A DNA stretch of 64,000 bases from an uncultured delta proteobacterium (lineage in GTDB: Bacteria > Desulfobacterota > Binatia > UBA9968). The DNA lies in the NCBI GenBank assembly GCA_963737905.1, contig CAVTUQ010000012.1, forward strand, positions 32,001-96,000, given 5' to 3'. A program made the position numbers and the translations under genes. The notes below the pieces were generated by a model. That model was not told where the DNA came from. It ran no database searches and saw only the letters and a list, made by a program, of their open reading frames with translations. Position 1 is the stretch's first letter. Each line of letters opens with the position of its first letter. This document shows, one piece after another, positions 52,456-62,005 of the stretch.

Positions 52456-53598
52456 TTGGATTTTGGCCTAACGAAGGAACAGAAAATCTTGGTCGAACGG
52501 GTCGAACGGTTGGTGCAAGAGCGAATCGCGCCGCGTGCCGCTGAGTACGATCTTGCTTCGGAGGCGCCGGCGGAAGACATCCAGGATCTCCATCACGAGG
52601 GATGGCTGTTGGCCAATCTCGAAAAAAAACGCGGCGGGCTCGGTTTTGGTTTATATGGCGACGACCCGCTGGCTTTTTTTCTGCTCGACGAACACCTCGC
52701 CTATGGTAATCCATCAACAGCGCATTGCTTCCAGGTCCACAACAATGCCTTGATGATGATCGCTCAGGTGGGGACCGAAGAGCAGGTCGCCCGCTGGATC
52801 GAACCCACGGTCAAGCGCGGCGCCTTGCTCCCCGGTTGCGGCGCCGAACCCCAAGGAGTACCGCCCAGCAGGGCAACACGGGTCAAGGGCGGGTTTCTGG
52901 TAAACGGTATGAAGCATTATGCGACCAATGCAACCTTAGCCGAGTGGTTTTGGATCGGCAGCGTGGGATTCGAAGACCAACCGAGGGCGCTCATGTTCAT
53001 GGTGCACAGAGACACTTCCGGTTTGAAGATCGATGCCGAAGTCTGGCGTCCCATGGGGATGCGCGCTTGTGTGAGCCCATGGATCACTCTGGAGAACTGT
53101 TTTGTTCCTGAAGAAAACCTCTTGGGGAGGCCGGGGCAATTCCTCGGCGAAAATTGGCTGGGGAAGATCAATTTTGCGTTTACCGCAAACTATCTCGGCT
53201 CCGCGCGGGCGATCTACGATTGGGGGCTGGGGTATGTGCAGGAAAGAGGCGGGAGCAAAGATCCCTATCGGCAACTGCGCTTTGGCGAGATGAAGAGCTT
53301 GCTCGACGCTTCGCGGTTTCTTCTCTACGGCGCGGTGCGAATGTTCAAACAGGATCCTGATGCTGCCATGGTCGCGGCTCACGAAGCCAAGTGGATGGCG
53401 AAGGAAATGCTGGAGAAAGTGATGTGGAGCGTCGCTGCCGAAGTTTGCGGCTCGACATCGCTGTTTCAGAAACATCCGTTGGAACGATTTTACCGTGACA
53501 TGCATCTGCACATGCTACACGGCCGGCACGACATCGCCGCCCAGATCGTCGGCGCTTCCGAGTTGGGCGAGCCGTACGACATGAATCGAAATCATTAG
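52456..53598 (+). CDS. Acyl-CoA dehydrogenase family / flavin monooxygenase
   Basis: MDFGLT, VNGMKHYAT, MGMRA, HPLERFYRD. Confidence 0.85.
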   Translation: MDFGLTKEQKILVERVERLVQERIAPRAAEYDLASEAPAEDIQDLHHEGWLLANLEKKRGGLGFGLYGDDPLAFFLLDEHLAYGNPSTAHCFQVHNNALMMIAQVGTEEQVARWIEPTVKRGALLPGCGAEPQGVPPSRATRVKGGFLVNGMKHYATNATLAEWFWIGSVGFEDQPRALMFMVHRDTSGLKIDAEVWRPMGMRACVSPWITLENCFVPEENLLGRPGQFLGENWLGKINFAFTANYLGSARAIYDWGLGYVQERGGSKDPYRQLRFGEMKSLLDASRFLLYGAVRMFKQDPDAAMVAAHEAKWMAKEMLEKVMWSVAAEVCGSTSLFQKHPLERFYRDMHLHMLHGRHDIAAQIVGASELGEPYDMNRNH

Positions 53599-53649
53599 CC
53601 AGGCTAGTGAAAAGACTCAAAGATTTAGTTGCACTGAATCGCTCGCTTC

Positions 53650-53722
53650 ATTTGGCTTATGGCGTATGGTTCAAAGCGATGGTTCAAAGGTCGAACTTTA
53701 AGCCGTAAGCTATCAGCCATAT
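53650..53722. repeat. Periodic palindrome (tatggc / gccata)
   Basis: ggcttatggcgtatgg ... gccgtaagctatcagccata. Confidence 0.5.
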
Positions 53723-53801
53723 GGAAGTAGGTGCGGCTCGCTGCTGAGACAGTTTAGAGCCTGCCATCAGACCGTCAAGAACTGAAACGATACTCGCCAG
53801 T

Positions 53802-54774
53802 CTATTGCAGTTCCTTCATCGCCTGCCGGGCGAACGAAAAATCTCGCACTTCATCCAGCGGGCGCTTTTTCTCTCCCACCCGCGCAATGATCGCTTCGAT
53901 TTCAAGGTCGGTCATGATGCCGTCCCGGCTGAGAGTCTTGAGCTCCCCATCATAAGAATGCTCGGCGATATCGAGCGGCTGGGGTAGCCATTTGATCAAG
54001 GTTTGGATCGTGTCTTGTCTATTCTCCAAAATATAATGATGCGAGCGCAGCAAAGCCTTGAGCGTCCGTTTAACCAGCAGGGGATTTTCTTTGATCAAAC
54101 GGTCGGACGTTAGCATGCCCGCCGAGGGGAGACCAACTTCCGGCGGTCCGGCCAACGCGGGATAGCCCATTTTGCGAAGCATCAAATCATGGGGCGGCGC
54201 CACTGAAATCGCATCGACCGCGCCGCTCACCAACGCCTGCATCCTGACCGGCCCGTCGCCGATGGCCACTGCTTGAAGCTGGTTTGGATTGAAACCCTTG
54301 GCCTGCAGCATCTCCTCGGCCACCAACTGATCCGTGCCTTTGATCGTGGCCACGCCGAGCTTCTTGCCCTTTCAATTGCTGAACTTCTTTGATGTCGGGC
54401 CGCACCATGACATAGTAGGGGCCCTTTTTGAGATGGATAAGCACGAGCTTCATCGGAAAGCCCTGGAGGATGCCGCGAAACGTGCTGGTAAACGGCGTGG
54501 CGAAGGAGACATCGCCGTTGACGACCGCCGTTGCCCCGAGGCGAGGATTCATCTGAATGATCTCGACCTCCAGCCCTTCGGCTTTGAAGTAACCTTTTTG
54601 CAACGCCATATAGAGCGGCATGGCCGAGCTGCTGCGGCTCGCGTAAGCGATACGCACTCGCTGCGGTGCGTCGGCGCTCCATCCTTCATTGCCTGCGCCG
54701 GGCAAAGTCCCGGTACAAAAAAGCAACCCCAGAAAATAAAGCGCTAGTTTTCCTGTATTCATTTGTCTCGCCAC
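53802..54774 (-). CDS. SsuA/THI5-like periplasmic binding protein (frameshift ~54368)
   Basis: KGYFKAEGLEVE, LKG(KKLG)VATIKG, ALVSGAVDA. Confidence 0.85.
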
Positions 54775-54812
54775 CTTTATCGAACGCCCTTTTCCTTTTC
54801 GCTTCCCCCAAC

Positions 54813-55904
54813 TTAAATCGCGTAAAACTTCCGCGGATTATCGTAGAGAAGTTTCTGTCTCAGCTGCGGCGAAATATCCTCCCGAACGTTGATCGCATTG
54901 ACAAACTGGTCTTCTCGGGATGGATCGCTGTGCGGATAGTCCGAGCCGATGAGCAAATGATCCTCGCCGGTGTATTTGGCAATGTAGGGAATGTCTTCGT
55001 CCGCTTCGCAAGCGATGTAGAGCCGGTACTCGTGGAACAGATCAGCGCTCGTGCCATACCGCCATTTCTCTTTCAGGAGCCGGCGCAAGATATGGATCAG
55101 AAACGGCGTCCAGCCGGCCGCCGCTTCGATGAAGCCGAAGCGCAGTCCGGGAAACTTTTCAGGGATTTTATTGGCGACGATGTCGCGAAAAGCCAACAGC
55201 GGCATCACCCGCGTATGCCCGAAGGTGTGATTGCGCGAGATGTCGAACATCTCGAGTATCTCCTTCACGCCGCAGCCGGTGTGAACGCAGATAGATAGGT
55301 TTTGTTTTTGCGCTTCTTCGTAGATTGGAAACAGATAGGGATGATCCAGAGTGTGCTCTCCTTCGATGCCGCGAAAAAAAACTCCCACCGCGCCGTTCTG
55401 TTGTGCGAAACGGATTTCATCAATGGCGTCCTTCATGGACTGAAACGGCAATACCACCACCCACTTGATCTGCTCCGGCGCCGCGGCCCATGCGGCGGCG
55501 AGAAATCGGTTATAAGCGCGGCAGAGTGCGAGCTCCAGCCCGGCATCGTTGGTGTTGTAGACCAGGAACAGGGTCGGATAGACGATTTGCACGGCTGTGT
55601 TCAGCTTGTCCATATCCGCGAGACGGTTCTTGATATCTGTCATCTCCCGCGTGCCGACGGTGGAATCTCGGCGGCCGGCCTGGACGCTTTGCGCCGAGGG
55701 CGTGACCAGGGCGAAACTCCCCTTACCTGCAGGCTTCGGATAGATCTCACCGTCGATCAGCCAGAAAGCGTCGCGGTTGCCATACCAGGTATCGCTGGGA
55801 ACCTTCAGCATGATGGGCCGGCGCGGCAGAAAATCCGGCTCCAACATCTTCCACATCGCCTCGCCTTCCGAAATATGAGTATCGGCGTCGATAATACCGT
55901 TCAT
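54813..55904 (-). CDS. Amidohydrolase_2 family protein
   Basis: IDADTH, CVHTG, FIEAAAGW, GSDYPH. Confidence 0.9.
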   Translation of the reverse strand: MNGIIDADTHISEGEAMWKMLEPDFLPRRPIMLKVPSDTWYGNRDAFWLIDGEIYPKPAGKGSFALVTPSAQSVQAGRRDSTVGTREMTDIKNRLADMDKLNTAVQIVYPTLFLVYNTNDAGLELALCRAYNRFLAAAWAAAPEQIKWVVVLPFQSMKDAIDEIRFAQQNGAVGVFFRGIEGEHTLDHPYLFPIYEEAQKQNLSICVHTGCGVKEILEMFDISRNHTFGHTRVMPLLAFRDIVANKIPEKFPGLRFGFIEAAAGWTPFLIHILRRLLKEKWRYGTSADLFHEYRLYIACEADEDIPYIAKYTGEDHLLIGSDYPHSDPSREDQFVNAINVREDISPQLRQKLLYDNPRKFYAI

Positions 55905-55952
55905 GATTAGCCTCCTTTTGCGTTAAAGAAAATTATGACTTCGTATGCTCGA

Positions 55953-57107
55953 TCATTCAAATCGGAACGGTGGAAGCTCGTATAGCAAATAGCCCATAAC
56001 GCGATAGTTGGTTTCTCGCTCCCGCGACACCGGTACTTGCACCCCTAGGGCAATCGCCCAGTTCCCTGCCAAGGTGAGTCCTTTGCGAAGGGCGGGTGTC
56101 AGGTAGAATTGAAAATGCTTCGCGTTTTGATTGCCCCACTCGCTCTTACCGTTGAATTCCAAAAGCGCTTGCGCCTCTGTTCCTCTGCCTCGATCAAAAA
56201 TAGGATAGGATAACGCCAGATTATAGAATACACTCTTGGGCGCCCGGCGCGTGACAAAGGGATATTCGAACTTTAAACTTCCCTGGCTGACAAACTCTCC
56301 CCACGCTTTTCCGCTTGCCAGGAAAGGTGAAAGAGTTGTTGTCCCTTCTCCTAACTCGCGGCGGAAGCTGCCTGTCGGTATACCGACTTCAAGTCCGCCG
56401 CTCAGAATAAAAAGAGTTTCCGGGTTGTCGTAGAGAACATATTTTGCCCCAGCCTCGATGTCTCCGACGCCTCCAACCGTCGCCCCGTTTTTCGGATCTC
56501 TGACGTTAAAAGGAATATTCAGCTCAATCTGACCGCGGGATCCGATACGTTTCTCGAAGCTCCATATGAACTGAGTGTTTCGCTGTTTATCGGGGGTTCT
56601 GCCGAAATTCCAGCTCAAGACGACCTCGTTTTCAGGATAGGCCTTTTCGGTTACAAGTGGCCTGGGAAAATTGAGATCGCCCGTTGGCCAATCTTCGGTG
56701 CAGAATGTTCTAACGTAAGCGAGTGCTAAATTGATCTGTTGTTCCGTCAGCGCCTCACGAAAAGAAGGCATCTGCTCAGAACGTCCCGCTGCCGGTCCGC
56801 CTTCGGCAACAACAAGAGCCCAGTCTCGGTCACTTTCTTCTGAATTGAATGCGCACCAGGTGAAGTCTGGGAGCTCAGCGGCGACGCCTAGGCCGGCGAC
56901 CTTTCCCTTGCCATCGTCGCCGTGGCAAGAAGCACACGCGTCCGCATAAAGTTGCTTCGCTTCTTCCCAATCCTTACCCATCAGGCGTGTTGCTCCCCAT
57001 CCTATGGAAGTCCCGAGCAGGAAAAGACCTAGTCCAACAAAGATGAGACTGACTCGGTTCAATGCTTCCATTAAACGGTGCCTATGCACAGTCTGAAAAT
57101 CCGTCAA
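55953..57107 (-). CDS. Monoheme cytochrome c fused to an outer-membrane beta-barrel (COG4313-like)
   Basis: Signal peptide; CASCHGDDGKG...MPSF; then amphipathic strands including GDIEAGAKY and QFYLTPAL. Confidence 0.72.
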   Translation of the reverse strand: MTDFQTVHRHRLMEALNRVSLIFVGLGLFLLGTSIGWGATRLMGKDWEEAKQLYADACASCHGDDGKGKVAGLGVAAELPDFTWCAFNSEESDRDWALVVAEGGPAAGRSEQMPSFREALTEQQINLALAYVRTFCTEDWPTGDLNFPRPLVTEKAYPENEVVLSWNFGRTPDKQRNTQFIWSFEKRIGSRGQIELNIPFNVRDPKNGATVGGVGDIEAGAKYVLYDNPETLFILSGGLEVGIPTGSFRRELGEGTTTLSPFLASGKAWGEFVSQGSLKFEYPFVTRRAPKSVFYNLALSYPIFDRGRGTEAQALLEFNGKSEWGNQNAKHFQFYLTPALRKGLTLAGNWAIALGVQVPVSRERETNYRVMGYLLYELPPFRFE

Positions 57108-57971
57108 AACAATTTATGCTCCACAGAGAAATAGAAAAACCCCGCGAGATTGTTAACCTGCCGGTTAAGACCGATGGGTACCCCGGCACCGACCACGATT
57201 TGCAAATCTTTTTCGTTGACAACCGCCGCGCGGAATCCAGGGGATAGGAGGGGATTGAAGGTATGCACCGCCCTGCCGGTGCCATTGATGTTGTCTTGGA
57301 TGACACCAAGCCACTCCAACATCAAATGGAGTCGGGGTAAGAGGGCATAGATGGCGCTGCCTCCGACCCAGGGCGAGACCAGCGATCGCTTCGGCGAAAG
57401 TTGCCCGTCGTTCATGGGAGACCGGACGTGGGGCAGATAAGTGACACCGAAGTTGGCGTGCAAAGCGAGCCGGGACGTAACTTTCTTGCTAAAAGGGCAG
57501 ATTCCACTGGTAACCGACAACACCGTTGCCGGTGCCTTTATCACGGTTGCCGGTCGGGAGAATCAAGCTAAATCTCGGCGCGAACGCAGGCTTGCCGGGC
57601 CCTTCTTCGAGCGCTTGATAGCGGTAATTTAGAAGGATATCGCCGATTCCGTATTGGCGTTCTCCTTCATTGATCAGGTGATAGGACAGCACGGTGTAAG
57701 AAAATTGGTGATCCTGCCCATAGATCGGCCATTCCTGAGTGAAGGCAAAGGCCCAACCGCGCTGCCTTGGGTCATTGCTATAGACCGCCTGAAATATATG
57801 CTGCACCACGCCGGGCTCTTGATTGTAGGCTTCTTCGATCAAAAAACTGTTGTCTTCGATGACTTCGATCGGCTCTTGCTGGGCCGACACCATTGTCCTA
57901 AAACGAGCGATCAGAAAAACTGCCATGACGCAGACTTTGACGATCTTTCTTGCGCTCATCGTTTCCCGCAT
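57104..57971 (-). CDS. Outer-membrane beta-barrel channel (COG4313-like; frameshift ~57492)
   Basis: DNSFLIEEAYNQEPGVVQHI, GDILLNYRYQ, LPTG; C-terminal SVEHKLF. Confidence 0.8.
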
Positions 57972-57993
57972 TCTATTGATCGCATCACCGGTT

Positions 57994-58938
57994 TCAGGGA
58001 ATGAACCGCAGATCCAATAGCTGTTGCACCGTCATACTTTTGGCTTTGGGATTTTCTTTTGCTGCGGCATCGAGCACGACCTCCATGCCCTTCAACGTCG
58101 GTTTGCCGTCGTCTGGCGTGGCGCGCAACGAGCCCTCATATACGACCTCGGCCATTTGCTGCTCCGGCAGTTTGCTAAGCGCCATGATTTTCTTCACAGC
58201 TTCCGCTCGGTGAGTTTTGTAATACCGAACCGCTTCCACGTAAGCTTTCATGAAAGCTCTCACTGTTTGCGGCTGAGTTTCCAAATAATCCTCTCGCGCG
58301 ACAAAGTTTACATGGGGAAACTCGATGCCTTTTTCGATAAAATCAAGGAGCACGCCAAAACCCAGTTTCTGTGCCACCAGGGCTTCCTCGGGGCTTAAAA
58401 CCGTGGCCTGAATCGCCCCTGATTGCAGGGCCACCAGACGCGCTTGTGAGCCACCCACTTGGATGATCTGCACATCGTTGGGCGTCAATGCGAATTGGTT
58501 TAGCGCCAGTCGAACAACGTAGTCTGTGTTGCTGCCGAAGCGACTGATGCCGATCTTCTTTCCTTTGACCTGCTCGGCGCTTCGGATCCCCGAGGTTACA
58601 ACGAACGTATAGGGGAGGAGATTGGTCACGCCAGCGATGATCTTGATCTTGGCTCCTTGCAGAGAAGCGTTTACAACCGGTGGCCCACCCGTCATTAACA
58701 GATCTAGACTTTTCCCGATCAGGGCCTGCAATGACAGTGACCCGCCCGGAATGAATATCAGCTCTAGATTCAATCCCTGCTTCTTGAAGATCCCAGTCTC
58801 TTGACCGAGGTAGAGCGGCGCGACACCGCCAAAACCATTGAACGCGATGCGCACCGGTGTCTGCGCGGATACTCCGACAGGAACCACCAGACAGCAGAGC
58901 CACAGAAAGAGGAATTGGAACAGTCTCTGAATGTTCAT
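57994..58938 (-). CDS. SsuA/THI5-like periplasmic binding protein
   Basis: GIFKKQGL, KGKKIGISRFGS, ALQSGAIQA. Confidence 0.88.
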   Translation of the reverse strand: MNIQRLFQFLFLWLCCLVVPVGVSAQTPVRIAFNGFGGVAPLYLGQETGIFKKQGLNLELIFIPGGSLSLQALIGKSLDLLMTGGPPVVNASLQGAKIKIIAGVTNLLPYTFVVTSGIRSAEQVKGKKIGISRFGSNTDYVVRLALNQFALTPNDVQIIQVGGSQARLVALQSGAIQATVLSPEEALVAQKLGFGVLLDFIEKGIEFPHVNFVAREDYLETQPQTVRAFMKAYVEAVRYYKTHRAEAVKKIMALSKLPEQQMAEVVYEGSLRATPDDGKPTLKGMEVVLDAAAKENPKAKSMTVQQLLDLRFIP

Positions 58939-59012
58939 CTCACTCGTTTTCGATCTCCCCACCGGTTTGAACGTCTTGAACTCTTGGAACGACTTGAACA
59001 ATTTTCGCTTCG

Positions 59013-60068
59013 CTAGTTCCATAGCGAAATCCCCATTCGGAGTTTCCCATGCTCGAGATCCGCCAATGCCTCATTGATTTCATCGTATCGGTACGTTTTC
59101 GTGATCAGGCTCTTGAGTTCGATCCTGCCCGCCGTCGCCATCCCGAACACTTCCTCGACATCATGGGCTTGCCGGCTCGATACGCCTGTGATGGTGATCT
59201 CGCTGGTCACGAAACGGCCGCTGCTGATGGTGAAAGGGCCGTTGCCTAGACCGCCGATAATCGTTGCGGTGCCGCCCGGTCGCGTGGCTTGGATGATCTG
59301 ATCGGAGGTTTTCGGATTGCCGATGGCTTCGAATGCCTTGTCGACCCCGCCGTCGGTGAGGTTTCTAGTTGCCTGCACCGGATCCACCGTGGAAGCATTA
59401 ATAACATGCGTGGCGCCGAATTTCTTGGCGGCTTCCAGCTTGTCGTCGACGATGTCCACGGCGATGATGGGATACGCGCCGAAGCAGCGCAGGAATTGAA
59501 TCGTGTTAAGACCGATACCGCCGCAGCCGATGACCAGGGCTGAATCTCCCGGCTCCAGCCGCGCGCGATGCTTCACCGCGTTATAGGCCGTCGTTACGCG
59601 GCAGCCGACGATGCTGGCTTCCTCCATGGGCATTCCATTTGGAATCCGAAACGCCATATATCCCGGCACTGAAACATACTCGGCAAAGCCGCCGACATTC
59701 CAGCGGGTAACCGCGGTGCCGTCGGGTTTTCTTAGCGCCGGCGGGACAGGGCGCCTTTCACAGAGATTTTCCCGCGCCGTCAGGCAATAGCGGCAGCGGC
59801 CGCACTTGTAGCGCATGCCGATGATCACCCGGTCTCCCACTTTGAAGTCTTGGCATCTTGCCCCCGCTTCCTGGATGGTTCCCGCGACCTCGTGTCCTAG
59901 AATGGTCGGCGGGATGAAGCGGTTTCTTCCCTCGACGACTTTTAGATCGGTGTGACATACGCCGCAGGCCGCAACTTTGATCAGGACATCTTCGTCGCCG
60001 ACATCAGGCATCTCCAGCTCTTCGATCTGTAAGGGCTGGCGGGCTTCAAGTAACACTGCGGCTTTCAT
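59013..60068 (-). CDS. Zinc-dependent alcohol dehydrogenase
   Basis: CGVCHTD, GHE, CGRCRYC...C, GCGGIG. Confidence 0.93.
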   Translation of the reverse strand: MKAAVLLEARQPLQIEELEMPDVGDEDVLIKVAACGVCHTDLKVVEGRNRFIPPTILGHEVAGTIQEAGARCQDFKVGDRVIIGMRYKCGRCRYCLTARENLCERRPVPPALRKPDGTAVTRWNVGGFAEYVSVPGYMAFRIPNGMPMEEASIVGCRVTTAYNAVKHRARLEPGDSALVIGCGGIGLNTIQFLRCFGAYPIIAVDIVDDKLEAAKKFGATHVINASTVDPVQATRNLTDGGVDKAFEAIGNPKTSDQIIQATRPGGTATIIGGLGNGPFTISSGRFVTSEITITGVSSRQAHDVEEVFGMATAGRIELKSLITKTYRYDEINEALADLEHGKLRMGISLWN

Positions 60069-60289
60069 AAAAGCTCCTTTCAGTCTTCAGCTAGTCACAG
60101 GAAGTTTAACTACGCTACCTGAAGGTTGGTCGTCAAGGGACGAATGACATCTTGACAGGGTGGAACGCACGGCGATACCGTGTCCCAAGAAAGATTCCTC
60201 GCTTTGCTCGGAATGACATTGGATTGTTTTTTCATCTCGAACGAATGGAGGATCCTGCGTTAAAATTCCGATCCCAGGGGAGAACCGAT

Positions 60290-60832
60290 ATGCCGAATAA
60301 ACCGATACCCCAAGAGGTGACCGTCGATCCAAAGACAACTGCGCTCTTGGTTTTGGATCTTAATTGCCGTTGTGAGAACCCGGAGGAGCCTTGTTTTAAG
60401 CTAATCGACCCCGTGGCGAAGTTTTTGGACCGCGCACGGCAAGCCAACATGTTTATCGTGTATACCGCCGCGGATCGTTACAAAGGCACGGCGGAGGCGA
60501 GAATGCCGCATGCATTCAAACAACGAGACGACGAGCCGGTCATTTTTCCGCCCGCCTTCGATAAATTTTACAGCGGCGAGCTGCAGCCGATGTTACAAAA
60601 ACGCGGCATCAAGACGGTGATCGTTTGCGGCGCTTCGAGCAACCAGGCGGTTATGTATACCGCCACCGCCGCCGTGCGGCCCTTCGGCTACGATTGCGTG
60701 ATTCCGGTTGACGGACTCATCGCCCGCGGCGATTACGAACATGAATTCACCTTGCATCAGTTCACGATCCTGCCCGGCGGCGCCGCGCAAAAATTCAAGA
60801 TCACACAATTCGACAAGATCAAGATTGCCTGA
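60290..60832 (+). CDS. Isochorismatase-family protein lacking the catalytic Cys
   Basis: TTALLVLD, LQKRGIKTVIVCGASSNQAVMYTA. Confidence 0.8.
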   Translation: MPNKPIPQEVTVDPKTTALLVLDLNCRCENPEEPCFKLIDPVAKFLDRARQANMFIVYTAADRYKGTAEARMPHAFKQRDDEPVIFPPAFDKFYSGELQPMLQKRGIKTVIVCGASSNQAVMYTATAAVRPFGYDCVIPVDGLIARGDYEHEFTLHQFTILPGGAAQKFKITQFDKIKIA

Positions 60833-60890
60833 CGATTAGCCGCGGCTCGGTGCCTCCTAAACGCTTTGAACGTTTTGAACGCGCAAAATA

Positions 60891-61904
60891 CTAGTGCGGA
60901 TAGAGTTCCTTGAAAAATCCTTCTTTGGCAAGCTGTTCCAGCGGCGCGGGATCGTAGAACTGTCGCGCATCGACTCCTTTGGCTTTGGGATTGCGCGTCG
61001 CGATGTCTTCCATGACCGCTTCCATTTCCGGGAGCGTGACCGTCGGCACGTCGCGAATGTAACCGAGCACGTAGCTCTTAAATGCGCTCGCCAGCAACTT
61101 GGTATCCGTGTTCCGCGTATATTGCCCCAGAACACGAACGGTAAAGTCGGGGTTGGCTTTTGCGTACTTGATTCCTTCAAGTGTTGCCTTGAGAAAACGA
61201 TTGAGCGTCTGCGGCCGGTTTCGAATGAACGCGTCCGTGGTTACCAGCGCAGTTCCTGGATAGCGGTATTTGAGATTCGCTAGATTCATGAATTCTTTAT
61301 AGCCTAGCTCCTTCGCCCGCTCCAAAGTCGGCGAGGAGATGAGCGCACCTTTTATGAGCCCTTGCTGCAGGAAGAGGAGATTTTCCGGTACGCCACCGGT
61401 TTGAATCATTTTGATGTCTTTGTTTGGATCGAGCCCCAGTTCGCTGACGGCCCTTCTTAATCCCAAGTCGGTCAACGATCCAAAGCGACTCACACCAAAG
61501 GTCTTACCTTTTAAATCTTGAGCGGTCGCCATATCAGACGTCGTCACCAAACTCATGGGGATGACGTTGATCGTTGTAGCTATCACGGTTAAATCGGAGC
61601 CAGATAGGCGCGAGAGAGCGGCGGCGGCGCCGGAGCCTTGCACGATTTGGGTGTCGCCGGAAATGAGGGTCGTTATCGCTTGCGCGCCCGCAACATAGAT
61701 GATGTTTACGTCGAGGCCATACTTCTTGTAGATCCCGGCCTCTTTCGGTACCCAGGTGGTAATCGAGGTCGCCGCGATGGAGGAATAGCAAACGTTGATT
61801 TTGTCGGGCTCGGCGGCGTCAACAAAGTGATTCACGCCGGTCAATAAAAGACCCAAACCAAATCCTAGAACCAGCGTGGCCGTTGATGTCTCACGGAGCT
61901 TCAT
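60891..61904 (-). CDS. SsuA/THI5-like periplasmic binding protein
   Basis: GIYKKYGLDV, LKGKTFGVSRFGSLTD. Confidence 0.88.
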   Translation of the reverse strand: MKLRETSTATLVLGFGLGLLLTGVNHFVDAAEPDKINVCYSSIAATSITTWVPKEAGIYKKYGLDVNIIYVAGAQAITTLISGDTQIVQGSGAAAALSRLSGSDLTVIATTINVIPMSLVTTSDMATAQDLKGKTFGVSRFGSLTDLGLRRAVSELGLDPNKDIKMIQTGGVPENLLFLQQGLIKGALISSPTLERAKELGYKEFMNLANLKYRYPGTALVTTDAFIRNRPQTLNRFLKATLEGIKYAKANPDFTVRVLGQYTRNTDTKLLASAFKSYVLGYIRDVPTVTLPEMEAVMEDIATRNPKAKGVDARQFYDPAPLEQLAKEGFFKELYPH

Positions 61905-62005
61905 CGAACGTACCCTCCATTGTCGATTACCTTAGACAGCGTCTCTTGCTTCAACGCATTGCTGGTGACAGTAGTGGGTCAGTTTAAGGATCCACTACGT
62001 AAATC

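Noticed and set aside
35557-53722. CRISPR array
   Set aside because: Repeats are short tandem or inverted units with no repeat-spacer structure and no cas genes.
55953-57107. Canonical Cyc2 call
   Set aside because: Lacks the PxFAR motif and has a full His/Met cytochrome domain; kept only as an analogy.
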